Positions 20,356 to 30,396 are shown, counted from the stretch's first letter. The stretch is 64,000 nt of DNA from Calditrichia bacterium (GCA_050633245.1 JBOEGD010000018.1:64001-128000); one strand, 5' to 3'. Numbers and translations: made by a program. Notes: generated by a model from the letters alone, not told the origin.

Positions 20356-20647
20356 TCACATATTTAAATTTCTGAAATATCCACGCTGTTATTATTGGCA
20401 GAACCTAATACCATATAAGTAAGCATTATGAATAAATGAGGGGAGATTTTATAAATTTAAGCAAAGTTGAGCATAATAAGCAATGTTTTTTTGTTGTCTG
20501 ATTTTAAACTGTTTTGCATATTTTACTTTGATTCTGTATATTCTGCGAAACCCATCACAGTAAACTCCTGAAATTTATCTTAATTGCTAATAAATTGAGG
20601 GTTTCAGTCGTATATATTAATTAAAGCTTGAAACGGAGGTTTAGAAT

Positions 20648-20806
20648 ATGTTGCAAAATGCTACAAATACTGATGTTGAACCGATTGCTGGTAACTCATT
20701 AAGTACTACCGATAATTCTTGCAGAGACAGAGCTAAAAAGAAAACTCCCGACGACAATACAGAAGGTGTTCTCGACACTCTCCACGACCTTAAAGAAATG
20801 CTTTAA
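20648..20806 (+). CDS. Small ORF (52 aa), candidate substrate/precursor of YcaO-TfuA; not in the ORF track
   Basis: GGAGGT RBS 7 nt before ATG; MLQNATNTDVEPIAGNSLSTTDNSCRDRAKKKTPDDNTEGVLDTLHDLKEML; 113 nt upstream of ycaO. Confidence 0.6.
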   Translation: MLQNATNTDVEPIAGNSLSTTDNSCRDRAKKKTPDDNTEGVLDTLHDLKEML

Positions 20807-20919
20807 AAAAATTTCTCCCCCCGATCTAATATATATTACATGATTTCGAGATAACTGTTCGGCTTCTTAGATAAAAGCCAGCAAGGTTTCCTTCATTCTT
20901 TGTCTGAGAGACATTTATA

Positions 20920-22092
20920 ATGAATGAATTAAAACGGTTTCAACTGGGTACTCACCGTGTTGCCAGTCCGGACAAAACTCTGGAAAGGGTTCGCCCATAC
21001 CTGAAAGCGATGGGGATTACCCGGGTAGCAAATGTTACCGGTCTCGATACAATCGGTATTCCGGTGGTGACGGTAATGCGTCCCAACTCCCGCTCGCTCT
21101 CAGTAGCCCAAGGGAAAGGTGTAACCCTCGAATCAGCTAAGGCCTCTGGGATTATGGAATCCATTGAAGCCTACCATGCAGAAACAATCTCACACGAGCT
21201 ACGATATTGCCATCTCGAACAAATTCTCGCCGAGGGACAGCAAGCGGTTTCAGAGGGACTACCGTTAACTGGCCTTATACCGTTCATGTCATCGCGTAAA
21301 ATACTTTGGATTCAGGGGCGATCGTTATTTACCCGACAACCTACTTGGGTACCATATGAAGCAGTTCACCTCGACTTTACCAAACCACTTCCAACAGGTA
21401 GCGGTGTGTTTGTCCAAAGTTCCAATGGATTAGCTTCAGGGAACAGTAAAAACGAGGCGATTGGACACGCTTTGTGCGAACTTATTGAGCGCGATGCCGC
21501 TGCAAGATGGCATCGCGGATCAGATCATCGTTATCAATTAGATCGAGTGGATTTGTCTAACGGACTTGATGATGTAAATCGCGAATTGCTGAAAAAATGC
21601 GCTGCTGCAGACGTTGAGGTTGCCAGCTGGAATTTGACCACCAAAATCGGAATTCCGGTTTTTTATACACTGCTGTTTCCCTCAAAAGATTCAACACTGA
21701 TGAATCGCGGTGCGATAGGCGGATATGGTTGCCATCCAAATACTGCAATCGCATTAGGTCGTTCCATAACTGAAGCCGCTCAGGCTCGTTTAACCTTGAT
21801 CTCCGGATCTCGTGATGACCTGCTGCCTGAGCGTTATAACGAGCTGCTGGATTATGAAAATACGCATGATCTTGTAAATAAACTGGGTGTGCAGGAAAGG
21901 AAGATAAGTTTGAGCCAGACTCGATCTTTTAGTGCCTCGACTTTTGCGGAGGACATCAAATATCTTCTGAAGTCCCTGCAAGCGAATGCGTATGATGAAG
22001 CGGTAGTAGTCGATCTGTCTCAGGAGCGATTTAATATACCTGTCGTTCGGGTCTTGGTTCCCGGTTTGAAATTGGCACAAAGGAAGCATTGA
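20920..22092 (+). CDS. ycaO: YcaO-family protein, TfuA-associated (thioamide-forming) type
   Basis: GITRVANVTGLDTIGIPV, QGKG, MESIE, SSNGLASGN, ELIERD, EAAQARL, ISGSRDD, VPGL; no C-terminal PxP. Confidence 0.92.
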   Translation: MNELKRFQLGTHRVASPDKTLERVRPYLKAMGITRVANVTGLDTIGIPVVTVMRPNSRSLSVAQGKGVTLESAKASGIMESIEAYHAETISHELRYCHLEQILAEGQQAVSEGLPLTGLIPFMSSRKILWIQGRSLFTRQPTWVPYEAVHLDFTKPLPTGSGVFVQSSNGLASGNSKNEAIGHALCELIERDAAARWHRGSDHRYQLDRVDLSNGLDDVNRELLKKCAAADVEVASWNLTTKIGIPVFYTLLFPSKDSTLMNRGAIGGYGCHPNTAIALGRSITEAAQARLTLISGSRDDLLPERYNELLDYENTHDLVNKLGVQERKISLSQTRSFSASTFAEDIKYLLKSLQANAYDEAVVVDLSQERFNIPVVRVLVPGLKLAQRKH

Positions 22093-22093
22093 T

Positions 22094-23233
22094 ATGAATA
22101 CCTCTCGCAAACCGATTGTCTTTTTGGGACCCTCCCTTCCTCTTCATAAAGCTGAGAAATACCTCGACGCAGACTTTCGTCCTCCGGCCGCCTGTGGGGA
22201 TGTGTATATGGCAACTCTGGAAGCACCTGATGCGATTGGTATAATAGACGGATATTTTGAAAATCGTCCAGCGATATGGCATAAAGAAATCCTTTGGGCA
22301 CTTAAGCAAGGTGTCCAGGTATTTGGGGCTGCAAGTATGGGCGCATTGCGAGCTGCAGAGTTACATCACTTTGGAATGAGAGGCGTTGGTGAAATTTTTC
22401 GACAGTTTGCCACTGGTGAGCTGGAAGATGACGATGAAGTGGCTATTATACATGGTCCAGCTGAGTTTAAATATGCAGGTATGTCAATGGCATTGGTGGA
22501 TTTGCGTAGCTTGCTAAAAAAGGCCAGTGCAGAAAGCATTATAAGTGCCGAAATTGAAAATTCACTGATTAGTAAAGCTAAAGCTTTGCACTATTCGCAA
22601 CGCACAAAGAAAGCCATTCTTGATTCTGTGCAGCAGGTGTCTGGAGATGCATGTTCGCGGATAAAATCTTGGTTGGAGTCCCAATTTCAATACAGTCAAA
22701 AATCTATCGATGCTATCCAAATGCTAAATGCGATGCAGCGCCCATGTTCCATGTCATATCAGAGTAACATACCGAACTTTGTGTTTCATAAAACCGACAA
22801 GTGGTATAGATTTACTCGTTATTTTGAAGGTAGACTAGCTCTCACAACAAATGAACTTCAATCAGGTAGAGGAACTGAGGGGTTTGCTGAAGCGGTAATG
22901 TTGCGTCAAATGCTAATTGAGAAAGCAGAGCGATTGCAATTAACTATTCCTTCTTCCAAAATAGAAGAGGCCTGCTGCCTGTTTCGGACCCTGAACAATC
23001 TGACATCCGATAATATGTTTGGAATTTGGCTTAAGCAAAAGGGATTAAAGCCTAATTCATTTAAGAGTATTGTAAGAGATCAGCTTCTTGTGAAAAACTG
23101 TGCGAAATTAACCACATTCAAATTGCCTAAACATTTACAGGCTCTCACATGCCTATTTTCGGAAGCTGAAAAAATCGAGAAGATCAGCGAACAGATTTTG
23201 TGGCCTCAGGCAAAAGCAGACTTGAAAAGTTAA
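22094..23233 (+). CDS. tfuA: TfuA-like protein with C-terminal helical extension
   Basis: VFLGPSL, PPAACGD, IIDGYF, WHKEIL, GAASMGALRAAEL, DDDEVAIIH; starts 1 nt after ycaO stop. Confidence 0.92.
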   Translation: MNTSRKPIVFLGPSLPLHKAEKYLDADFRPPAACGDVYMATLEAPDAIGIIDGYFENRPAIWHKEILWALKQGVQVFGAASMGALRAAELHHFGMRGVGEIFRQFATGELEDDDEVAIIHGPAEFKYAGMSMALVDLRSLLKKASAESIISAEIENSLISKAKALHYSQRTKKAILDSVQQVSGDACSRIKSWLESQFQYSQKSIDAIQMLNAMQRPCSMSYQSNIPNFVFHKTDKWYRFTRYFEGRLALTTNELQSGRGTEGFAEAVMLRQMLIEKAERLQLTIPSSKIEEACCLFRTLNNLTSDNMFGIWLKQKGLKPNSFKSIVRDQLLVKNCAKLTTFKLPKHLQALTCLFSEAEKIEKISEQILWPQAKADLKS

Positions 23234-23402
23234 TTAAATTTTTTTCTGATACAGACGTTTGAAATTTCCAGAGGACTTCTCGACGAGTAAAGAAAATAAG
23301 TGTTTTCTCTTAAACTGCATTGAAAAAGCAGAAATAATGCCTCAAGCCAATTATTACGATCTATTTAATGGCCTATCTATTATGCGCGACAATGGCCCTC
23401 CT

Positions 23403-23438
23403 AAAAAAGAGAGCTGATCAACCGAAGTCGATCAGCTC
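23403..23438 (-). terminator. Rho-independent terminator with C(UUCG)G loop
   Basis: Minus strand GAGCTGATCGAC-TTCG-GTTGATCAGCTC-TCTTTTTT. Confidence 0.7.
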
Positions 23439-23639
23439 CCAAAATAGGCCCACTCCCCAGTAGGACCCTATTTTATATCATTTGAATACAAAACGTCGGT
23501 ATAGACGTGGACTTGAATTATAGCAAGTCTGTTGATAGTTTAAACTTTCGAAAAAGCCTGCCTTTCAACTCCGTTTTCTAATATCTATTTGGGTCAATAA
23601 CGTTTTGCAATTCAAGGTAGAATGATTAATTCTGCATAC

Positions 23640-23656
23640 TACAATTGGTGTGCCAA
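23640..23656 (-). promoter_or_regulatory. Possible sigma54 -24/-12 promoter
   Basis: Minus strand TTGGCACACCAATTGTA versus consensus TGGCAC-N5-TTGCW (one mismatch at the -12 C); divergent from a sigma54 activator gene. Confidence 0.35.
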
Positions 23657-23913
23657 ATCAAACTTCGTTGCTCAAGTGTTTGTTTATATTGACTTAAAAG
23701 TTGAATGCCTGAGATTGGATTGAAGTTGATTTTGTTTGCTATTTGCAAATATCATTTTAAAATATTGTTTAATTGAAAAAATTTTGATATTTTCCCTTAT
23801 AGTGCTACTCCCCATAATGCCGTTTAGAGGTTTGAGAAGATACTGTCTTTCTCGCGGTGTTCTTCTAATACTGTAGCTTAATGAGTCTCTCATTACTTCA
23901 TTCCGGGGATTTT

Positions 23914-25737
23914 ATGAATCTCAACTCAACTCAAATTAAATCATTACTGCAGTTTCAAGCACTGCGTCGTGCGATATCTCCCGGGATAGATAAAACGATG
24001 ATGTTGCGGCAAATTTTAAGTGCCACTCTTATGGCGCTCGATAGCCGCTGGGGTTACATTTTTCTTTTTGGGGAGGATAATTTGACTCTTGCAGGAAAAA
24101 TTCCACCCTCGCAAACCGAACAGGCGATCAAAGAACAGGCAACTGAGGCATTGTTTAGTGGCCGGCAATCCGATACTGATCTATTGATTAAGAAACCACA
24201 CCACCTTGGGGCAGCACTTTGGAGTGAGAGGCAAAATATTGGCCTGCTTTGTGTTTTCGATAAGTTTGGCAATGAAAATGTTGTACCTTTTGTCAGCAAT
24301 GATGAAACGCTGCTCTCCGTTATTGCTGCTACTGCCTCTGTCGGTCTCGAAAAGCTGAATGCAGATCTCGAAGTTGAAAGACTCAAAAAACAAGTTCCGC
24401 AAAATAACCTCCAAAGTTTTATTATCGGAAGTAGTGCTAAAACCCGCGAGCTACTTAAGCAAGTTCAAGCAGTTCTGGATTTTAGCGGCAACATCTCTGT
24501 GCTGATTCAGGGAGAAAATGGAACGGGTAAAGAGCTGGTTGCAAAAGCGATCCGTCTCTACGGACCTTATAGCAAAAGCGGCAATTCTCATACTGTGAAC
24601 TGTGCTGTTTTTACGAAAGAACTTTTACGGAGCGAACTCTTTGGGCACAAGAAAGGCGCCTTTACAGGTGCTGTTTCGAACAAACGTGGCTTAATGGAAC
24701 TCGCGAATAACGGTGTGTTGTTTCTTGATGAAATCGGAGACCTGGATATAGAGTTACAGTCTACCCTTCTGCGGGCACTTGACGGGGGGACTTTTAGGAG
24801 AGTTGGAGATGAACAGGAACTGTATTCTGATTTTCAGCTTGTCTGCGCGACCAATCGAAATTTAAAAGAAGCTGTAGAGAAGGGAACATTTCGCCGGGAT
24901 CTCTACTATCGCCTCACGGATATTATTATTGAGGTGCCACCGTTGCGCGAGCGACGCGGAGATATTGCAGAACTTATTAGCTATTTTTTGGAGAAGTATA
25001 ATAAGGAGTTTAACAAAAACATTAAAGGCTTCACGAGGCGAGCTATTCATCGACTTGAACAACACCCTTGGGAAGGTAACGTACGCGAGTTGGAAAGTAT
25101 GGTCAAAAAGGGAATGATACATGCCACAGGCAGCCATATTGACGTTTCGGAGCTGTCCAACGAGTTGCAGGGCGGCATCGGAGAAGCACTGGAGTTTAAC
25201 CAAATTCTACCACTAAAGGACGCTGTTGCAAGTTATGTGGATTTTGCATATAATAGGCTGGATCAGCACACGACTCATACGATGCAAAAGCTGGAAATCG
25301 ACTATCGACAATTGATGAGGCATCTGGGTAAGAGGATTGATGAACACATGGTGTTTGACTTGAAAGACGGCGTTGAGCTGGACATTGCCAAGCGCGCTGA
25401 AGAGATAATGCGGCACGCAGATATTCCAGACGAAAAATGTCGGGGTATGAAACGTGCCCTTATAGAAGCCGTTGTAAATGCACTGGAACATAGTAAAAGC
25501 AAGATCGATAAGTTAAAAGTCGATATTGAAATAACCTCACGTTTAGTTAAAGTTATGGTTAAGGACCTTGGAACAGGATTTAACCCTGACGTCATTCCGG
25601 ACGTAGATCCTAATTTGAAAATTGTTAGCCGAGTAAAAAGAGGGTGGGGGATCTACCTGATGAAGAAGAGTGTCGACAGCTTGAAGATCGATAGCAGTTC
25701 AAGCGGAACGACCGTAACGATGACAATTAATCGCTGA
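23914..25737 (+). CDS. Sigma54-dependent enhancer-binding protein (GAF-AAA+) fused to an RsbW-type anti-sigma kinase domain
   Basis: GENGTGKE, SELFGHKKGAFTGA, LFLDEIG, FRRDLYYRL, WEGNVREL; C-terminal ALIEAVVNALEH, DLGTGF, RGWGIYLMK, GTTVTM. Confidence 0.9.
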   Translation: MNLNSTQIKSLLQFQALRRAISPGIDKTMMLRQILSATLMALDSRWGYIFLFGEDNLTLAGKIPPSQTEQAIKEQATEALFSGRQSDTDLLIKKPHHLGAALWSERQNIGLLCVFDKFGNENVVPFVSNDETLLSVIAATASVGLEKLNADLEVERLKKQVPQNNLQSFIIGSSAKTRELLKQVQAVLDFSGNISVLIQGENGTGKELVAKAIRLYGPYSKSGNSHTVNCAVFTKELLRSELFGHKKGAFTGAVSNKRGLMELANNGVLFLDEIGDLDIELQSTLLRALDGGTFRRVGDEQELYSDFQLVCATNRNLKEAVEKGTFRRDLYYRLTDIIIEVPPLRERRGDIAELISYFLEKYNKEFNKNIKGFTRRAIHRLEQHPWEGNVRELESMVKKGMIHATGSHIDVSELSNELQGGIGEALEFNQILPLKDAVASYVDFAYNRLDQHTTHTMQKLEIDYRQLMRHLGKRIDEHMVFDLKDGVELDIAKRAEEIMRHADIPDEKCRGMKRALIEAVVNALEHSKSKIDKLKVDIEITSRLVKVMVKDLGTGFNPDVIPDVDPNLKIVSRVKRGWGIYLMKKSVDSLKIDSSSSGTTVTMTINR

Positions 25738-25751
25738 GGACGTGAAGGCGC

Positions 25752-26105
25752 ATGGACAAGCTACAAATTGAGTTTGAAAATGGTATTCCGATTCTGAAAT
25801 CCGGTAAATTACTGGATAATGAATTCAAAAACGATGTGACTGCGTTCCTGGGGAGCAATAAAAACGGTTCTGGTTATGTTATTGTTTTGGATCTCGGGGC
25901 TGCAGAAATCGTATATAGTTACGGCATCTCGGCTATTCAGGATCTTTGCGATAGCGCAGAAGAAGCGAATGGAATTTTTGCCCTGTGTGGCGTGTCTAAA
26001 GTTGAGGTGAGCGAGGTACTTGAAATATCTGCTCTTCTGGATCGTTGTGCTCCGCACATCTATAAAGATCGCACTGCGGCCATATCAGCACTAGCAAATT
26101 TGTAG
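25752..26105 (+). CDS. STAS-domain anti-anti-sigma factor (RsbV/SpoIIAA-like)
   Basis: SGKLLD, IVLDLGAAEIVYSYGISAI (Ser at the usual phosphosite position), VSEVLEISAL; 117 aa. Confidence 0.75.
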   Translation: MDKLQIEFENGIPILKSGKLLDNEFKNDVTAFLGSNKNGSGYVIVLDLGAAEIVYSYGISAIQDLCDSAEEANGIFALCGVSKVEVSEVLEISALLDRCAPHIYKDRTAAISALANL

Positions 26106-26111
26106 GATCCC

Positions 26112-29100
26112 CTAGGTGGTGGCGATACGCTTAATCACCATCATCGTAATATCATCATCTTGCTGTTGCATTTCATTGCCATGCTTTTTTATCCCTTCTA
26201 ATATGATATTTAATACATCGATCGGGTCTGCCGATGACTCGCAATTTTCTAATTCTCCAATCAATGTTCTGAAATAAGAGACACCATCTTCACTTTTAAT
26301 GCTGCGCAGCCCATCGGAATATAAAATCAAGAAGCTTCCTGCCTTAAGCTGCATCTCCTGAGTGAAAATATTCTTACCTCTACTAAGATTGCGGGTACTT
26401 AAACCGTTGCCAAGCGGACCGTTATTTTGACCTGCGACCTTCATAAATTCAATGGAACCATTAGTAAGTTTTATAGGAGGATAGCACCCCGCATTTAGCA
26501 GCTCTATTCTATCGGAGTCTTTGCTGAGCATGGTAAGAATTGTTGATACACGCTTGCCGTCCAGCTTCTGATAAAACAGCCGATCGACCTCAATCGCAAT
26601 TTGTTTCAGTGATGGCGGATGGTCACTGAAGATAACACCATTCAACAGTCCGTTTAGGAGAGTCGCAGGTAATGCGCCGGACATACGTTTTCCCTCTACG
26701 TCAGCAAGGGTGAGCAGATGATTTTTACCGTCATTTAAAACGATATAGTCGTAGTGATCACCACCAACATCTGCAGCAGGCGAAAAGTATCCGGCTACTG
26801 AAAATCCTTCCAGACCCGGATAGAGCTTCGGGATTAACGCGCGCTGTGCTTCTTCTGCACTCCTAATTTCCTTCTCTAAATACTCTTTTTGTGCTTTAGC
26901 AATTCCGTGGTTTCTTCCCAATATCGAAAACCCATACGCTGTGGCAACAGCTAAACTGGCGTAAAAAAGGTAGGCCCAAATACTTCGATACCAAGGCGGC
27001 AGAATGTGAAATTGATAGCTGCTGGTTTTGCTGATTTTGCCCAGAGCATTACGGGTGCGAACATCGAAATGATAAGTTGCTTCTTTCAGATATGTATAGT
27101 CCCGAAGAGGCTCACGTGTCCATTTAGACCAAGAGCCCATACCTGGCCTCAACTGGTATTGAAACTCGGGAAGCCCATTGTTAAAAAAACTGTTACTCGC
27201 TACTTCGAAGCGCAAGCTATTCTGCTCATAGTTGAAGGTTAGCACTGTATCAGGATGACTCGTAAAAATTTCACCAGACAGTGTATCACCATCAATTACG
27301 CTAAGTTGTCGCAGGCTCGTTAGGGGATGCGGATACTCAAAATGTGGTTGTGTAAGATCGTATATAAATACACCCGCTGTTGTTCCATACCAAACCGCGC
27401 CAGGTTGAGTGTAGAGGACATTCGTCTGAGGCATGCTTAGTGCCGGAAGCGGGCTATTAAGAATTGAGTAGTAACCGTTTTTATTATGTGTTGCAACATA
27501 GGCCTTTTTGTTTGCCGTAAACCATATTCGTCCATCACTTGCTTGTTTCAGGCGATAAATGGGAGCAGAAATCTCAGTTACTATCTCATTAAATCTTGAG
27601 GCCTCAATGAACAGGTTTTTTGGGGAATTATAGCGGAAGATACCCGTTTTGGTAATAAAGATCGGGGCATTGTCTACAGAGAAAATTCGCACTCGTTTAT
27701 CGGACTCAGGAACGGGAATGTCGTGGTGTTGAAGTATGCTCTCATCAGTTCTACGAAAGGATTGCTCTGATGATTGTTCAAACATCTTAATACTGGAAAG
27801 CCCGTCTGTTGAGCCTATCCAGAGCCTGCCGTCGTTATCTTCCTGAAGATGATGTATTTGGTCTCCGACAAGAGTAAGCGATTTGGGAACAACGGACTCA
27901 AGACCCTCAGTAAAATCAACGCTGTAAATAGAGTTGCCCCCGGCAATGTAAATTAGATCTTTGTCGATAGCTGAGGGTTCAAAAATGTATGCAGATTCGC
28001 CTGTAAGAGACTGAATAGGTGTGAATGGGGCTGCTTTGTCCTTCTTGAAAAATACACCCTTCGTGGTTGCTGCAAGCAAGTTTTGTCCGATGGTAATAAA
28101 ATCCCAGCTCGCCACATTAGAAAGTTCGGATTCTAATACCGGGTTTGACATAGAAATGTCCTCCGAGCGTAGAGAAAAAATTCCACGACTCGTTGCAATA
28201 TACATTCGGTTCTGATATGACTGTATTGCATTAGTAATACCATCATCTATTTTCAGAGTGCCGAATGGCAGGCTATATTGGATGCGGCTGATGCCGCCTT
28301 CTTGTGCAAGCCAAATACTCCCTTCGCGGTCTATATTTGCGTAGAGAGACTTATTGCTTAGTATTCCACTTTGCTTATCAAATACATGTTGAATATTGTC
28401 ATCACGATCTGAAACAATTAAGCCTGCTTCACGCGTTGCAAAGGCAAATGTAGAGTCATATAAAAGCGTACCCATTGATATAAAATGAGACTTTAAATAA
28501 TTGGAGACATTGGGCAGCGTTGGTGATACGTTGACTCCATTGTATAGAAAAGCGCCATGGCGCTGTGTTGTTAGTAAAAGAGTGTTTTGATTGTAAGGAA
28601 GAACAGAGCGGACTTCTTCACCATTCTGGAAGTTAATGCCTGGAAGCAGTTTTAGATGCGTATTGGTAAGCTCGATTAGCTGTTTTTTATCTCTCCGGAT
28701 ATAAATAGAATCGTTGACTCTAAAAGTCGGATACAACTGTATTCTCTTTTTGCCTTTTTGCCGGGAAGAGTCTGCAATCAAAGTTGTTAGTTCTTTGCCG
28801 TCCCAGCGAAGAATCGAATACAGCGGGTGAAAATACACCGTGTCGTTCAAAACGTATGTTCCATAGACCGTGCCAATGTCCGGTTGCTCTAGTAAGGACG
28901 TGTATGATAGCTGTCCTTTGGAATCTCGCTGCATATAACCGATTCTGCTGCTGCCTCCAATAAAGAGCCGACCATGACGATCTTCTGCAAAGGAATCAAC
29001 ATTATTACCGGGAACGACATGATATCGCCACTCCTGTCCATCATATTCCAGCAGCCCCTCATTGTTACCTACGTAAATCAAGCCATTCTTGCTTTGGAGA

Positions 29101-29297
29101 ACGCACCAGTTTTGTGGTCCGCGTTTGTAAGTATCCGTTGAAAAGTTCTCGATAAACTTATTGCTGCTATAAGAATTCAGAGTTCTCTTCAGTTCAGGGT
29201 GTTCAGGTTGAGCGAATACTACTCCGCAATAAACCAAAATAAAAATAAGGCTGCAGCGTGCTTTTCTATATGTTGGACGGGAATATGCAGCCATCAT
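26112..29297 (-). CDS. Beta-propeller/Y_Y_Y sensor with cytoplasmic PP2C (SpoIIE/RsbU-type) phosphatase
   Basis: Signal peptide, propeller repeats, YTYLKEATYHFDVR, ILPPWYRS plus TM, AEEAQRAL, VGGDHYD, LADVEGK, NAGCYPP, LYSDGL, DDITMM. Confidence 0.9.
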   Translation of the reverse strand: MMAAYSRPTYRKARCSLIFILVYCGVVFAQPEHPELKRTLNSYSSNKFIENFSTDTYKRGPQNWCVLQSKNGLIYVGNNEGLLEYDGQEWRYHVVPGNNVDSFAEDRHGRLFIGGSSRIGYMQRDSKGQLSYTSLLEQPDIGTVYGTYVLNDTVYFHPLYSILRWDGKELTTLIADSSRQKGKKRIQLYPTFRVNDSIYIRRDKKQLIELTNTHLKLLPGINFQNGEEVRSVLPYNQNTLLLTTQRHGAFLYNGVNVSPTLPNVSNYLKSHFISMGTLLYDSTFAFATREAGLIVSDRDDNIQHVFDKQSGILSNKSLYANIDREGSIWLAQEGGISRIQYSLPFGTLKIDDGITNAIQSYQNRMYIATSRGIFSLRSEDISMSNPVLESELSNVASWDFITIGQNLLAATTKGVFFKKDKAAPFTPIQSLTGESAYIFEPSAIDKDLIYIAGGNSIYSVDFTEGLESVVPKSLTLVGDQIHHLQEDNDGRLWIGSTDGLSSIKMFEQSSEQSFRRTDESILQHHDIPVPESDKRVRIFSVDNAPIFITKTGIFRYNSPKNLFIEASRFNEIVTEISAPIYRLKQASDGRIWFTANKKAYVATHNKNGYYSILNSPLPALSMPQTNVLYTQPGAVWYGTTAGVFIYDLTQPHFEYPHPLTSLRQLSVIDGDTLSGEIFTSHPDTVLTFNYEQNSLRFEVASNSFFNNGLPEFQYQLRPGMGSWSKWTREPLRDYTYLKEATYHFDVRTRNALGKISKTSSYQFHILPPWYRSIWAYLFYASLAVATAYGFSILGRNHGIAKAQKEYLEKEIRSAEEAQRALIPKLYPGLEGFSVAGYFSPAADVGGDHYDYIVLNDGKNHLLTLADVEGKRMSGALPATLLNGLLNGVIFSDHPPSLKQIAIEVDRLFYQKLDGKRVSTILTMLSKDSDRIELLNAGCYPPIKLTNGSIEFMKVAGQNNGPLGNGLSTRNLSRGKNIFTQEMQLKAGSFLILYSDGLRSIKSEDGVSYFRTLIGELENCESSADPIDVLNIILEGIKKHGNEMQQQDDDITMMVIKRIATT

Positions 29298-29442
29298 AAT
29301 CAGGTTTTCAAATCTCTTTTTGAAGATTCTGCCGGGGGGTAAAAATACGCGTTTTGTTATGTTTACTCGACTTTATCAGCTTTCTTAAATTTACCACTTT
29401 GAAATTTAAGAACATACCTTTCTTTTAGGATTGACTTGTCAA

Positions 29443-29471
29443 TCTACAGGTTTCGTCAAGAAACCTGTAGA
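29443..29471. terminator. Hairpin downstream of the 123-aa gene
   Basis: TCTACAGGTTTC-GTCAA-GAAACCTGTAGA, 12-bp perfect stem. Confidence 0.55.
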
Positions 29472-29522
29472 AAGATCCGTAGTGAGTGCTTTCCAGAACA
29501 AAAGGGAAAAGCGGTTGGGCCA

Positions 29523-29894
29523 TTAGCTTGGCGGGTCATCCTTGATTTCGATTTCCCCCTCATTCGTTGAAGGATGGGCCGGTGTCATATCATCTGGAAT
29601 AAATGCGACATAAATTTTCCCCTCCAATTCTCCGCTATCGTCAGGAAGTGATATCGTAATCTGTCGCTTTGCCGGACTAAGAGTCGCTTCGACATAGATA
29701 AACTCACTAAAATCGGCGCTAACCTCCAGAACGTCATTCGCAATCCCACCTGTCGCGATGGGGTTTGTTCCTCCTTCACCCGGGCTAGCGCTCGGTGAGA
29801 TCTGGGACAGACTGCTGGTAGTACTGTCGAACTTGAAAACCTTCATACTACTGTTGGTTTGAGTTGAGACATTCTTGATTTTAATAATGTCCAT
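29523..29894 (-). CDS. Hypothetical protein (123 aa, acidic, probably beta-rich)
   Basis: AAGGAG RBS, clean ORF, downstream hairpin; no recognised motif. Confidence 0.7.
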   Translation of the reverse strand: MDIIKIKNVSTQTNSSMKVFKFDSTTSSLSQISPSASPGEGGTNPIATGGIANDVLEVSADFSEFIYVEATLSPAKRQITISLPDDSGELEGKIYVAFIPDDMTPAHPSTNEGEIEIKDDPPS

Positions 29895-30396
29895 GTGGTC
29901 TCCTTTCCAATGATAGGATTAAGTAGATTAATTTTGGGGCGCAGTTTGACGTAGTTATGAGAAAGAACGATTGCAGTTTCTTGAAAATCCCCTGCGAATT
30001 TTAGGGGGAGTATGTTTGGCAGTGATATGTGATGGGTCTGAATGTGCAGGAATAAGGCAACTTAGGGGCCAATGTATAGGATTTGCTCTATCTGTAATAT
30101 TGTCAGGTCTTTAAGAGTTGCGGTCCTGCACTATCGTTTTTGTTGAAAAATTTGCATTTTCAGAACAAAAAAATCCCAAAATTGCAATTAGCAAATAGTC
30201 TACAAGGATGTCGCTCTTTGCTGACGAGTTGGCTGGGTTAAAAAAGAAAGCTGCATGAAGGAATTGGCAGAGATAAGTAATGAATTGGGCAGGCTATCGC
30301 TTGTTGGTGAGCGAAGAAGGTAGTGTACTTATTTTCTCAACGCTTGCTCAGTGAAATGGAAACGCTATATTTTTATATATCTACAGAGAAAGCATC

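Noticed and set aside
23337-23417. 26-aa ORF after tfuA (MPQANYYDLF...) as an alternative precursor
   Set aside because: No recognisable RBS and it runs into the hairpin; the upstream 52-aa ORF is better supported
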